Positions 40,469 to 50,324 of a stretch of DNA of 64,000 bases are shown here, piece after piece. Origin of the DNA: Anaeromyxobacter sp. (GTDB lineage Bacteria; Myxococcota; Myxococcia; Myxococcales; Anaeromyxobacteraceae); contig JASGJN010000007.1 in NCBI GenBank assembly GCA_049840735.1, forward strand, positions 64,001 through 128,000, read 5' to 3'. Under the pieces are notes generated by a model that had not been told where the DNA came from, ran no database searches, and saw only the letters and a list, made by a program, of their open reading frames with translations. How positions within the stretch are numbered: the first letter of the stretch is position 1; each line of letters starts with the position of its first letter. The position numbers and the translations under genes are program-made.

Positions 40469-41443
40469 ATGCCCAGCGCCATCCGCATCCACCAGCACGG
40501 CGGGCCGGAGGTCCTCCGGCTCGAGGACCTCCCCGCCGGCGAGCCCGGCCCGGGCGAGGTCCGCGTCCGCCACGAGGCGGTCGGCGTCAACTTCGTGGAC
40601 GTCTACCACCGCACCGGCCTCTACCCGATGGCCACGCCGCACGGCCTGGGGGTGGAGGCGGCCGGGCGCGTGGAGGCGGTCGGGGCGGGGGTGGCGGGGC
40701 TCTCGCCGGGCGACCGGGTGGCCTACCTGGCGCCCGCGCCGGGCGCCTACGCCGAGGCGCGGGTGGTCCCGGCCGACCGGCTGCTGAAGCTGCCGGAGGG
40801 TGTGACGGCCGAGGTGGCCGCGGCGGCGCTGGTGAAGGGGCTGACCGTGCACGCGCTGATCCGGCGGGCCTACCCGGTCCAGCCGGGCGACACGGTGCTG
40901 TGGCACGCCGCGGCCGGCGGCGTGGGGCTCCTGGCGGTGCAGTGGCTGAAGGCGCTGGGCGCGACGGTGATCGGCACGGTGGGCTCGGACCAGAAGGCCG
41001 AGGTGGCCCGGGCCCACGGCTGCGATCACGTGGTGGTGTACACGCGCGACGACTTCGTGGCGCGGGTGAAGGCGCTGACCGGCGGCGCGGGCGTGCCGGT
41101 GGTCTACGACTCGGTGGGGAAGTCCACCTTCGAGCGCTCCCTGGACTGCCTGCGCCCCCTGGGCATGATGGTCAGCTTCGGGAACGCCTCCGGGCCGGCG
41201 CCGGCCATCGAGCCGGTGGTGCTCTCGCGCAAGGGCTCGCTCTTCCTGACGCGCCCCTCGGTCTTCCACTACGTGGCCGGCCGCGCGGACCTGGAGCGCG
41301 GCGGGGGCGAACTCTTGCCCATGCTCGCCGACGGGCGGCTGCGCGTGCAGGTGGGCGGCCGCTGGCCCCTCGGGCAGGCGGCGGAGGCCCACCGCGCGCT
41401 GGAGGCGCGCGCCACCACCGGGTCGCTGCTGCTGCTCCCTTGA
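40469..41443 (+). CDS. qor: NADPH:quinone oxidoreductase (zeta-crystallin/MDR family)
   Basis: GGPEVL, GVNFVD.YHRTGLY, HAAAGGVG, VYDSVGK, SFGNASG, GSLFLTRP, TTGSLLLLP. Confidence 0.92.
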   Translation: MPSAIRIHQHGGPEVLRLEDLPAGEPGPGEVRVRHEAVGVNFVDVYHRTGLYPMATPHGLGVEAAGRVEAVGAGVAGLSPGDRVAYLAPAPGAYAEARVVPADRLLKLPEGVTAEVAAAALVKGLTVHALIRRAYPVQPGDTVLWHAAAGGVGLLAVQWLKALGATVIGTVGSDQKAEVARAHGCDHVVVYTRDDFVARVKALTGGAGVPVVYDSVGKSTFERSLDCLRPLGMMVSFGNASGPAPAIEPVVLSRKGSLFLTRPSVFHYVAGRADLERGGGELLPMLADGRLRVQVGGRWPLGQAAEAHRALEARATTGSLLLLP

Positions 41444-41524
41444 GCCGCGCCCGCGCCCTGGCGGGCGCCACACCCCCGCATGCCTAACTTCCCGGTGGGG
41501 CGACGGACGCCCAGCGAGGGAGGG

Positions 41525-42025
41525 ATGATGCGGACACTGGCAGTGATGGCGGCGCTCCTGCTGGCCGGCGCGGCGGGGGCTGCAGACGACACCAACAAGC
41601 AGGCGGCCAAGGACAGCGCCCACCAGGCCGGTCAGGACGCCAAGGCGAGCGCGCAGCACGCGGGCGACGCCATGCAGAGCGGCGCCAAGGCCGCCGGCGA
41701 CAGCATGCAGCGGTCGGGCAGCGACGCCACGGCCGGCGGCGCGCAGGCGAACACCCAGACGGCCGAGGACCAGCGGGACCGGGAGAAGAAGGACAGCTTC
41801 GACATCGAAGGCAAGGTGTCGAAGGTCTCCAGCAAGTCGGTGACCCTGCAGCGCGACGACGCCGGCTCGGCCACGCTCCACACCAACAAGGCCACCAAGG
41901 TGGAGCTGGACGGCAACACGGCGCACCTGTCGCAGCTGAAGCCGGGGCAGGACGTGAAGGCCTCGTTCAACCTCCAGGGCGACAAGCCCATGGCGATCGA
42001 GATCAAGGCCGACTCGAACAAGTAG
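41525..42025 (+). CDS. Secreted hypothetical protein (11-mer Ala/Gln repeats plus a small OB/DUF5666-like beta domain)
   Basis: Signal peptide ending AGA-A; IEGKVSKV..TKVELDG..LSQLKPGQDVKASF. Confidence 0.7.
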   Translation: MMRTLAVMAALLLAGAAGAADDTNKQAAKDSAHQAGQDAKASAQHAGDAMQSGAKAAGDSMQRSGSDATAGGAQANTQTAEDQRDREKKDSFDIEGKVSKVSSKSVTLQRDDAGSATLHTNKATKVELDGNTAHLSQLKPGQDVKASFNLQGDKPMAIEIKADSNK

Positions 42026-42048
42026 GGCGGCCCGGGGAGAGAGGGCCA

Positions 42049-42089
42049 GAAAAGACGGCAGCCTCCGGGGAGAACCCCGGAGGCTGCCG
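42049..42089 (-). terminator. Rho-independent terminator (minus strand)
   Basis: Perfect 15-bp stem cggcagcctccgggg/ccccggaggctgccg followed on the minus strand by tcttttc. Confidence 0.85.
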
Positions 42090-42170
42090 GGTCCCGGGCG
42101 AAGGCTGGGGGGGGGATGCCCGCGCCGGGACCAACGTGCGCGCAGACGCGCGCGTCAACCACCAGAAGGT
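42049..42170 (-). ncRNA. Candidate 3'-UTR-derived small RNA with C-rich loop
   Basis: Three consecutive stem-loops on the minus strand; the middle one (ggtcccgg/ccgggacc) exposes a C9 loop; the last is the terminator. Confidence 0.4.
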
Positions 42171-45100
42171 TTACGCCGCTTTCTCTTCCGGCGCCACAGT
42201 TGAATCAGCCTTCCGGCTGGCATGGCGGCGCCGGAGGTTGTCGAGCAGGGAGTAAACCACCGGGACCACGAGGAGGGTCAGGACGGTCGAGGTCGCAAGT
42301 CCCCCGATAACGGCCCACCCCATGCCCGTCCGGACCTCGGCGCCGTCCCCCCTTGCGAGGGCCACCGGCAGCATGCCGGCGATCATGGCGATGGAGGTCA
42401 TGAGGATGGGGCGGAGCCGCAGGGGGCCGGCCTCCAGCAGCGCGTCGTGGGCGTTGCGGCCGTCCTCCCGCAGCTGGTTCGCGAACTCGACGATCAGGAT
42501 GCCGTTCTTGGCCACCAGGCCCATGAGCAGGATCACGCCGATCATGGCCATGATGGACAGGTACTCGTGGGCCAGCAGCAGGCCGCCGATGGCGCCGATG
42601 ATGGCCAGCGGCAGCGAGAGCATGATGGTGACCGGGTCGAGCAGGCTCTCGAACTGGGCCGCCAGGATCATGTAGAGCAGGACCAGGCCCAGCAGCAGCG
42701 CCTTCACGAACTCACTCTGCGTGCGCCCCAGCTCCTTGGCCTGGCCGGCGAAGTCCGCCTGGACGGTGGCCGGCAGCTTCCTGGCCTCGTCCACCAGGAA
42801 CTGGTTGGCCGGGCCGAGCGCCATGCCGCGCAGGTCGGCCAGCAGGGTCACCTGCCGCTTGAGCGACTGCCGGTCGATCTGCGACGGGCCGTCGGTCTCG
42901 ACCAGCGTGGCCACGCTGCGCAGCTCCACCAGGTCGCCCTTCGGCGTGCGGAGGGTGAGGGCGCCCAGCTGGTCGGGGTCGCCGCGCACGGCGTCCGGCA
43001 GCCGCAGCTTCACGTCGTACTGGTCGCCCTTCTCGCGGTACTTCACGAACTCGTCCTGCCCGAGGAAGGCGCGCAGCGTCTGGCCCAGGCTGGCGGCCGG
43101 CAGCCCCAGGGCGGCGGCGCGGTCGCGGTCGACCTTCACCGAGAGGAGGGGGCGCCCGGAGCGCGAGGTGGTGTCCACGTCGGCGAAGCCGGGGTTGGCC
43201 TTCATGGCGGCGACCACCTGGGCCACGGCGGCGTCCAGCGCGGCCGGGTCGTCGCTGCGGAGGTTGAACTGGACCGGCTGCGGCCGGGAGCCGCCGCCGG
43301 ACACGCCGGAGCGGTCGGCCACCGTCATGAGGGCGCCCGGGGGGACCCGCAGGTGCTCGCGGAGGTAGCGCTTCATGTCCTCCTGCTTGAAGGCGCGCTC
43401 CTTCACGGGCACCAGGTTGACGGTCAGGGCGGCCTTGTGGACGGCCTCGTCCACGCCGCCGCCCACCAGCGTGAAGACGCTCTTCACGCCGGGGACGGTC
43501 CGGAGCTGCGCGCCCAGCCCGTCGGCCTCGCGGAGGGTGTCCGCCAGCGGCGAGCCGAGCGGCATCTCGAAGGTGACCTGCAGCTCGGCCTGGTCCTGGG
43601 CCGGGATGAAGGTGGTCTGGAGGAACCTGCCCAGCCCCACGGTGCCCACCAGCACGCCGCCGGCCAGCGCCATGGTGGCCAGCCGGTGGTCGAGCGCCCA
43701 GCGCAGGGTGGTCCGGTAGAACCGCTCCACCGCCTGGAACCCGCGCTCGAAGCCGCGCCCCACCGCGCCCAGGCCGGGCACGTGGTGCGCCAGCAGGCGG
43801 GCGGAGAGCATGGGGGTGAGGGTCATGGAGACGGCGTAGGAGATGGCCACCGCCACCGCCACCGTGATGCCGAACTGGAAGAAGAAGCGCCCGACCATCC
43901 CCTCCATGAAGGCCACGGGGACGAACACGGCCACCACGGAGAGCGTCACCGCCAGCACGGCCAGGGCGATTTGGCTGGTGCCGGCCTGGGCCGCCCGGGC
44001 CGGGCTCTCGCCCTTCTCCAGGTGGCGGAAGACGTTCTCGATCACCACGATGGCGTCGTCGATCAGCAGGCCGATCGAGAGCGTCAGGGCCAGCATGGTG
44101 ATCATGTTGAAGGTGAAGCCCAGCGCGTGCATCAGCGCGAACGTGCCGACGATGGAGGTGGGCAGCGCCACCGCCGAGACCACCGTGGCGCGCCAGTCGC
44201 GCAGGAAGATCAGCACCACCAGCACGGCCAGGATGGCGCCGATGATGAGGTCGTGCTGCACCGACTCGATGGACCCGCGGATGAAGCGGGAGTTGTCGCT
44301 CACCAGCTCGAGCCTGGCCTGGTCGCCCAGCAGCTTCTGCAGCTCGGGCAGCTGCTCCTTGACCGCCTCGGCCACCGCCACGGTGTTGGCGTCGGACTGC
44401 TTCTTGATGACCACGGCCACCGCGCCCTTGCCGTCGAGCGTGGCCGCCGAGCGGGCCTCGGCCGGGCCGTCGACGACGCGGGCCACGTCCTTGACCCGGA
44501 TTCTGCTTGCCGCCCGGGCTGGCCACCACCAGCTCGCGCAGCTCGTCCACCGACTGCGCCTCGGTCTCGAGCTTGACCACCCGCTCGCGGCCGGGCTCCA
44601 GCGTGCGGCCGCCGGGCACGTTGATGCTCTGGGCGGCGATGGCCTGCGAGACGTCGGTCGCGGCCAGGCCGTAGGCGCGCAGCCGGACCGGATCGAGCTC
44701 GACGCTGATCTCGCGCTTGCGGCCGCCGACCACGTCCACCGTGCCCACGCCGGCGATGCGCTGCAGGGCCGGCTTGAGGTCGTCCTCGGCCACCGAGGTC
44801 AGGTCCTGGATGGGCATGTCGCCCACCAGCGCCAGCTGGACGATGGCCTGGGCCTGCAGGTCCAGCTTCTCGACCACCGGCGTCTCCACCTCCTCCGGCA
44901 GCTTGGAGAGGGTGGCCTGCACCTTGTCGCGGACGTCCTGGGCGGCCAGCTCCACCGGGTGCTCGAGCTTGAACTCCAGCACGACCACCGACACGGACTC
45001 GTAGTTGGACGAGCGGATGGTCTCCAGGCCGGAGAGCGTGTTGAGCGCCTCCTCCAGCGGCTTGGAGACGTTCTTCTCGACCGTGTCCGGGTCGGCGCCG

Positions 45101-45256
45101 GCCAGCACGGTGGTGACCGTGACCACCGGGAAGTCCACCCGGGGGAACTGGTCCACGCCGATTCTTGGGGAAGGCGTTGATGCCGAACACCACCACCGCG
45201 AGCATGAGCATGCTCGTGAAGATGGGGCGCTGGATGAAGGTGCGGATGGGGCTCAC
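42171..45256 (-). CDS. RND efflux transporter permease (AcrB/HAE1 family); +1 indels at ~45162 and ~44501
   Basis: FIQRPIF, DQFPRVDFPVV, GLLIDDAIVVIEN, LAAQFES, KNGILIVEF, RLRPILMT. Confidence 0.92.
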
Positions 45257-45287
45257 GGAGCTGTTCCTCGCGGGCGGGGTGGGCGGG

Positions 45288-46391
45288 TCACTGCAGGACG
45301 CGGACGTGGGCGCCGTCGGTCAGCTGGGCGCCGGCCTCCGCCACCACCAGATCCTCGGGGCCGACGCCGGTCAGGACGCGGACCGTGCCCGGGCCGAGCT
45401 TCTCGACCTGCACCGGCCGCCGGTGCGCCGTGTCGGCCGCGACCACCCACACGAAGGCCTCGCTCCCCTCGTGCTGCACCACGCCGGCCGGCAGGAAGAC
45501 GCCGGCGGGCGCGGACGGCTGGCGCGCCAGGGCCACCTGCACGATGGCGCCGGTGCGCAGCTCCTTCATCGGGCCCACCGGGTCGGCGCGCACGTCCACG
45601 GTGCGGGTGCCGGCCTCGACCGCGGAGCCGATGGAGCGGATCCGGGCCTGGAGCGGCTTGCCGGACGGGCTGACGGTCACGTCCAGCAGGGCGCCGGGGG
45701 CGAGCAGGTCCGCCACCGCCTCGGGCACCGGCACGCGGACCTCCAGCGTGGAGAGATTGACCATGGAGAGCACGGGGGTGGGCGGCATCATGGCCACGTA
45801 CTCGCCGGCGCTCTTCAGCCGGCCGGTGATCACGCCGGAGAAGGGGGCGCGGATCTCCTGCTTGCGCAGGTTGTCCTCGGCGGACGCCAGCCCCGCGTCG
45901 GCCTGCTCCAGCGCGGCCGCGGCGCGGGCCTCGGCCAGCTGCGCGTTCTCCAGGCTGGCGGGGGACGTCGCGTCCTCCCGCGCCAGCGCCTGGGCGCGCT
46001 TCAGGTCGGCGGCGGCCTGCCGGTGGGCGGCGTCGGCGGCGGCGCGCGCGGCGCGGGCCTGCTGCACGCCGATGCGGGCAGCGCGCTCGTCCTGGACGAC
46101 CAGCACCTGCCCGGCCTTCACCACCGAGCCCACGTCCACCAGGATCCGGTCGATGCGGCCGGAGGCCTCGGCGGAGAGGGTGGCCTCGTGGCGGGCCCGG
46201 ATCTCCCCGGTGGCGCGCACCACGGCGCCGGCCTCGGCCTGGGGCCGCTGGGCCTTGACGGAGACGGCGGCGGCGACGGCGGCGCCATCCGCCGGGGCGG
46301 TGGGCAGCTGGGCCTTGCCGGAGCCGTTGCAGGCGGCCAGGGCGGCGACGGCGGCGAGGGGGAGGAGGCGGCGGCTGGGGCTGGGGATCAT
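45288..46391 (-). CDS. RND efflux periplasmic adaptor (membrane fusion protein), lipoprotein
   Basis: Lipobox LAAC, SGRI..VDVGSVVKAGQVL, IRAPFSGVI. Confidence 0.9.
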   Translation of the reverse strand: MIPSPSRRLLPLAAVAALAACNGSGKAQLPTAPADGAAVAAAVSVKAQRPQAEAGAVVRATGEIRARHEATLSAEASGRIDRILVDVGSVVKAGQVLVVQDERAARIGVQQARAARAAADAAHRQAAADLKRAQALAREDATSPASLENAQLAEARAAAALEQADAGLASAEDNLRKQEIRAPFSGVITGRLKSAGEYVAMMPPTPVLSMVNLSTLEVRVPVPEAVADLLAPGALLDVTVSPSGKPLQARIRSIGSAVEAGTRTVDVRADPVGPMKELRTGAIVQVALARQPSAPAGVFLPAGVVQHEGSEAFVWVVAADTAHRRPVQVEKLGPGTVRVLTGVGPEDLVVAEAGAQLTDGAHVRVLQ

Positions 46392-46435
46392 GTCGTGCTC
46401 CGGGTGAGGCGGGACGCGCGGCGGGGCCGGCGGGT

Positions 46436-47041
46436 TCAGGTGGCGGCGGGGCGGCCGGCGCCCCGCAGGAAGAGGTCGACGAGGTGGGCGGCGTGGGCGG
46501 CCGGATCGAGCGGCGCCTTACCCAGGAGCCAGGGGATGATCAGGGCGTTGGAGAGGCCGAACAGCACCAGCGCGGCCTCCTCCGACGGCAGGCGCAGCTC
46601 GTCGCCGGCGTGCTCGGTGATGAACTTGGCGCTCCGCTCCAGGAAGCGGGCCGGGCCGCCGCGGGCGGCGCGCACGCGGGGAGGGCCCATGTCGAAGATC
46701 ACCCGCAGCGCGTCCTTGTGCTCGAGCAGCAGGACGAAGACGCGCTGGCTCACCAGCTCCAGCCGCTGCGGGAAGGTGAGGCCGGCCGGGACGCGCAGGT
46801 CCCAGGCCTCGAGGATGCGCCCCTCCATCTCCTCGCAGAGGCCGGTGTAGATGGCCTCCTTGCTGTCGAAGTAGGTGTAGAGCGAGGCGGCCGTGAACCC
46901 CGCCTCGCGGGCGATGGCCTGCATGGTGGCGGCGTGGTAGCCGCCGTCGGCGAACACCCGCGCGGCGGCCTCCAGGATGTCCTGGCGGGTCCGCTCGATC
47001 TCGCGGGCGCGGCGGTGGTCGCGTGGGGAGGCGTTCGGCAC
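46436..47041 (-). CDS. TetR/AcrR family transcriptional regulator
   Basis: ILEAAARVFADGGYHAATMQAIAREAG....LYTYFDSKE. Confidence 0.92.
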   Translation of the reverse strand: MPNASPRDHRRAREIERTRQDILEAAARVFADGGYHAATMQAIAREAGFTAASLYTYFDSKEAIYTGLCEEMEGRILEAWDLRVPAGLTFPQRLELVSQRVFVLLLEHKDALRVIFDMGPPRVRAARGGPARFLERSAKFITEHAGDELRLPSEEAALVLFGLSNALIIPWLLGKAPLDPAAHAAHLVDLFLRGAGRPAAT

Positions 47042-47048
47042 GGAACGC

Positions 47049-47099
47049 GGTGTATCGCCCGCCGACTAAAAGGTCAAGTCCACCGAATGGCTATTCGGT
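47049..47099 (-). promoter_or_regulatory. Putative sigma70 promoter (TTGACC-N17-TACACC) and 18-bp palindromic TetR operator
   Basis: -35 at 47072-47077, -10 at 47049-47054, 7 nt before the GTG start; palindrome accgaatggctattcggt at 47082-47099. Confidence 0.6.
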
Positions 47100-47175
47100 C
47101 TTGTCTGGTAAAAATGCGCCGCGATTGAAGAAATCGCGGCGCACGGGTGTGGCGTGATGTGGGCCCGGACCGGCG

Positions 47176-48591
47176 CTAGGCCTGCTTGATCTCGTGCACC
47201 AGCTTGGCGAGCGAGGCCTTGGCGTCCCCGAAGAGCATGGCCGTGTTCTCGGAGTAGAAGAGCTCGTTCTCGATCCCGGCGAAGCCCGGGTTCATGGAGC
47301 GCTTCATCACGATCACCTGCTTGGCCTCGTCCACGTTGAGGATGGGCATCCCGTAGATGGGCGAGGACTCGTCGCTGCGCGCGGCCGGGTTGACGACGTC
47401 GTTCGCGCCGATGACCAGGGCCACGTCGGCGTTCTTGAAGTCGTCGTTGATCTCCTCCATCTCCTTGAGCTTGTCGTAGGGGATGTCGGCCTCGGCCAGC
47501 AGCACGTTCATGTGGCCGGGCATGCGGCCCGCCACCGGGTGGATGGCGTAGCGGACGTTGCCGCCGTTCTTCTCGATCAGGTTGGCGAGCTCGCGCACCT
47601 GGTGCTGCGCCTGCGCCACCGCCATGCCGTAGCCCGGCACCACGATCACCTCGCGGGCCCAGGCCAGCTGGATGGCCGCGTCCTCCGGCGTGATGGCCTT
47701 CACCGTCAGGCCGGTCGCGGTCTTCTCCGAGGCCTTGGGGGCCGCGCCGAAGGCGCCGAAGAGGACGTTGGTGAAGGACCGGTTCATGGCCTTCGACATG
47801 ATGATCGAGAGGATGAAGCCGGAGGCGCCGTCCAGCGCGCCGGCGATGATGAGCACGTTGTTGCCGATGGCGAAGCCGGTCGCGGAGGCGGCCAGGCCGG
47901 CGTAGCTGTTGAGCAGCGAGATCACCACCGGCATGTCGGCGCCGCCGATGGGGAGCACCAGCGAGACGCCGAACACCAGCGCCAGCGCCACCATGGCGTA
48001 GAAGGCGACCGGGTTGGCCGGGTCCACCAGCAGCCAGCCGAAGAGCCCCGCGGCGGCCAGGAACATGCCGATGGAGACGTAGTTCTGGCCGCGGAAGGTC
48101 ACCGGGCGGCCGGGCAGGATCTCCTGCAGCTTGCCGAAGGCCATGAAGGAGCCGGTGATGGTCAGGGCGCCGAAGAGCACCTCGAAGCCGATGGCGCCCA
48201 TGACCGGGCGGGTGAGCTCCTGGTGCTCGTACAGGTGGCCCCACTCGGCCACGCCCACCAGCGTGGCGGCGATGGCGCCGAACATGTGCGAGATGGCGAT
48301 CCGCTGCGGCATCGCCGTCATGGGCACGTAGACGCCCAGCGGGTAGCCGGCCACGGTGCCGACCACCAGGCCGCCGATGATCCACCCGTAGTGCATGTTG
48401 GCCTGGGTGAGCGTGCCCACCACGGCGAAGAGCATGCCCAGGGCGGCCAGCTGCATGCCGCGCCGCGCCTGGTCCGGGATGGTCAGCGAGCGGAGGCCCA
48501 GGATGAAGAGGATCGAGGCCAGCAGGTAGGCGGCCTGGGTCAGGTAGAGGTTCAGGTTGGCGGCCGGGGCGGCCAGCTCGGCGGCGTTCAC
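47176..48591 (-). CDS. pntB: NAD(P) transhydrogenase beta subunit
   Basis: MTAMPQ, TITGSFMAFGKLQE, PIGGADMPVVISLLNSYAG, VPGYGMAVAQAQH, HPVAGRMPGHMNVLLAEA, GANDVVNP. Confidence 0.96.
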   Translation of the reverse strand: MNAAELAAPAANLNLYLTQAAYLLASILFILGLRSLTIPDQARRGMQLAALGMLFAVVGTLTQANMHYGWIIGGLVVGTVAGYPLGVYVPMTAMPQRIAISHMFGAIAATLVGVAEWGHLYEHQELTRPVMGAIGFEVLFGALTITGSFMAFGKLQEILPGRPVTFRGQNYVSIGMFLAAAGLFGWLLVDPANPVAFYAMVALALVFGVSLVLPIGGADMPVVISLLNSYAGLAASATGFAIGNNVLIIAGALDGASGFILSIIMSKAMNRSFTNVLFGAFGAAPKASEKTATGLTVKAITPEDAAIQLAWAREVIVVPGYGMAVAQAQHQVRELANLIEKNGGNVRYAIHPVAGRMPGHMNVLLAEADIPYDKLKEMEEINDDFKNADVALVIGANDVVNPAARSDESSPIYGMPILNVDEAKQVIVMKRSMNPGFAGIENELFYSENTAMLFGDAKASLAKLVHEIKQA

Positions 48592-48893
48592 TTGTCACCC
48601 CCGGTCTTCCTCGGTGCGTGCTTGAACATCTTGAGCATGCGGTCGGTGATGATGAAGCCGCCCACCACGTTGAGCGTGGCGCTGGCGACCGCCACCGCGC
48701 CGAGCGCGTTGGCGAGCGTGCTGTACTGGTCGCCGCCGGCCAGCGCCAGGGCGCCGACCACCGAGATGGCGCTGATGGCGTTGGTGGCGCTCATGAGCGG
48801 CGTGTGGAGCAGCGCCGGCACGCGGGTGATGGTGAAGAAGCCGACGAAGCCGGCCAGGATGAAGACGTAGATCTGGATGAGCTGGATCGACAT
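48588..48893 (-). CDS. pntA: NAD(P) transhydrogenase alpha subunit, membrane part (alpha-2)
   Basis: VPALLHTPLMSATNAIS, NVVGGFIITDRMLKMF; own ATG just after the alpha-1 stop. Confidence 0.9.
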   Translation of the reverse strand: MSIQLIQIYVFILAGFVGFFTITRVPALLHTPLMSATNAISAISVVGALALAGGDQYSTLANALGAVAVASATLNVVGGFIITDRMLKMFKHAPRKTGGDK

Positions 48894-48895
48894 GG

Positions 48896-49997
48896 CTAGA
48901 GCCGGACCTTCCCGCCGTGGACCACCAGCATGGCGCCGGCGATCTCCTCCGCCGGGATCGAGGGAGAGGACGCCTTCCTTGCCGCCCAGGTGCGTGAGCA
49001 GCGTGACGATGTTGCGGCCGTACATCTGGCTGGCGTGGAAGGGGAGGGTGGAGGGGAGGTTCGTCACGCCCAGGATGGAGACGCCGTGCTCCACCACCGT
49101 CTCCCCGGCGCGCGTCAGCTCGCAGTTGCCGCCGGTCTCGGCGGCCAGGTCCACGATGACCGAGCCGGGCCGCATGGCGCGGACCATCTCGGCGGTGATG
49201 AGCCGCGGCGCGGCCCGCCCCGGGATGGCGGCGGTGGTGATGACCAGGTCCTGGTCCTTGATGTGGCCGGCGATGGTGGCCAGCACGCGGGCCTGCTCGT
49301 CCTGGCCGAGCTCGCGGGCGTAGCCGCCGCTGCCCTCGGCCGCGACGGCCGGGACCTCGAGGAAGGCGGCGCCCAGCGACTGGCACTGCTCCTTGACCAC
49401 CGGGCGGACGTCGAAGGCCGAGACCACCGCGCCCAGGCGGCGGGCGGTGGCGATGGCCTGCAGGCCGGCCACGCCGGCGCCGATGATGAAGGCCTTGGCC
49501 GGCGCCAGCGTGCCGGCGGCGGTGGTCATCATGGGCAGGATGCGGGGCAGCGCGCCGGCGCCGAGCAGGACGGCCCGGTAGCCGGCCAGCGTGGCCTGCG
49601 AGGAGAGCGCGTCCATCGACTGGGCGCGGGTGGTGCGGGGCACCTTCTCCATGGCCATGGCGTGCACGCCGCGGCCGGCCAGCTGGTCCAGGAGCGGGCG
49701 GGCGCCGTGGGGCGCGAGCAGCGCCACCAGCACCGCGCCGGCCGGCAGCGCCTGGGCCTGGGCCTCGGAGGGGCGCTGGACCATGGCCACCACCTCGGCG
49801 CCGTCCAGCGCCTCGGCCGCGCCGGTCACGGTGGCGCCGGCGGCCTGGTAGGCCTCGTCGCTGAAGCCCGCGGCCGCTCCCGCGCCGCGCTCCACCCTGA
49901 CCTCGTTCTTCGCCTTGCTCAGCCTGGCGACGTTCTCGGGGACGAGCGCGACCCGGCGCTCTCCCACCGCTGCCTCTTTCAGGACCGCGATGCGCAT
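48896..49997 (-). CDS. pntA: NAD(P) transhydrogenase alpha subunit, NAD-binding part (alpha-1); +1 indel at ~48955
   Basis: ERRVAL, RAQSMDALSSQ, GAGVAGLQAIATARRLGA, GSVIVDLAAETGGNC; corrected end DPAEEIAGAMLVVHGGKVRL*. Confidence 0.92.
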
Positions 49998-50324
49998 GTC
50001 TGGTTGCCCTCGGGCTTTGGGGCGTACCTTTGCGCGGCCGGAAGGCATAGGCCCCCGCGGGGGCGATCGGTAATATCCCGGAGGCGCGGGGGGGCCCTTC
50101 GCGCATCACCAGTGGCCCAGGGTCGCAGCCCCGCCACGCCGATATCGCGGTCCGCGCGGTGCGGAGGCGCGGAGTTCACCGTGCGTCAGCGCGGCGCGCG
50201 GGGGCGGCGGCCCGGGCGGCGGTCGCTCGAAACGGCAGCAAACCCCGAAGGTTGCCTCGGCGTCGGGCGGCGTTCCTGCGGGCGCGGACCGGCCGCCTGC
50301 GGCGTCCGAGCGCCGGGGTGCGGC

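Noticed and set aside
48588..50048. Apparent fused single-chain PntA
   Set aside because: The junction is off-frame sequence created by an extra base at ~48955; alpha-1 has its own TAG (48896) and alpha-2 its own ATG (48893)
50225..50275. GCAAACC-containing hairpin upstream of pntA resembling a c-di-GMP (GEMM) riboswitch
   Set aside because: Lacks the GNRA/receptor and second-stem consensus, and the motif is on the strand opposite pntA
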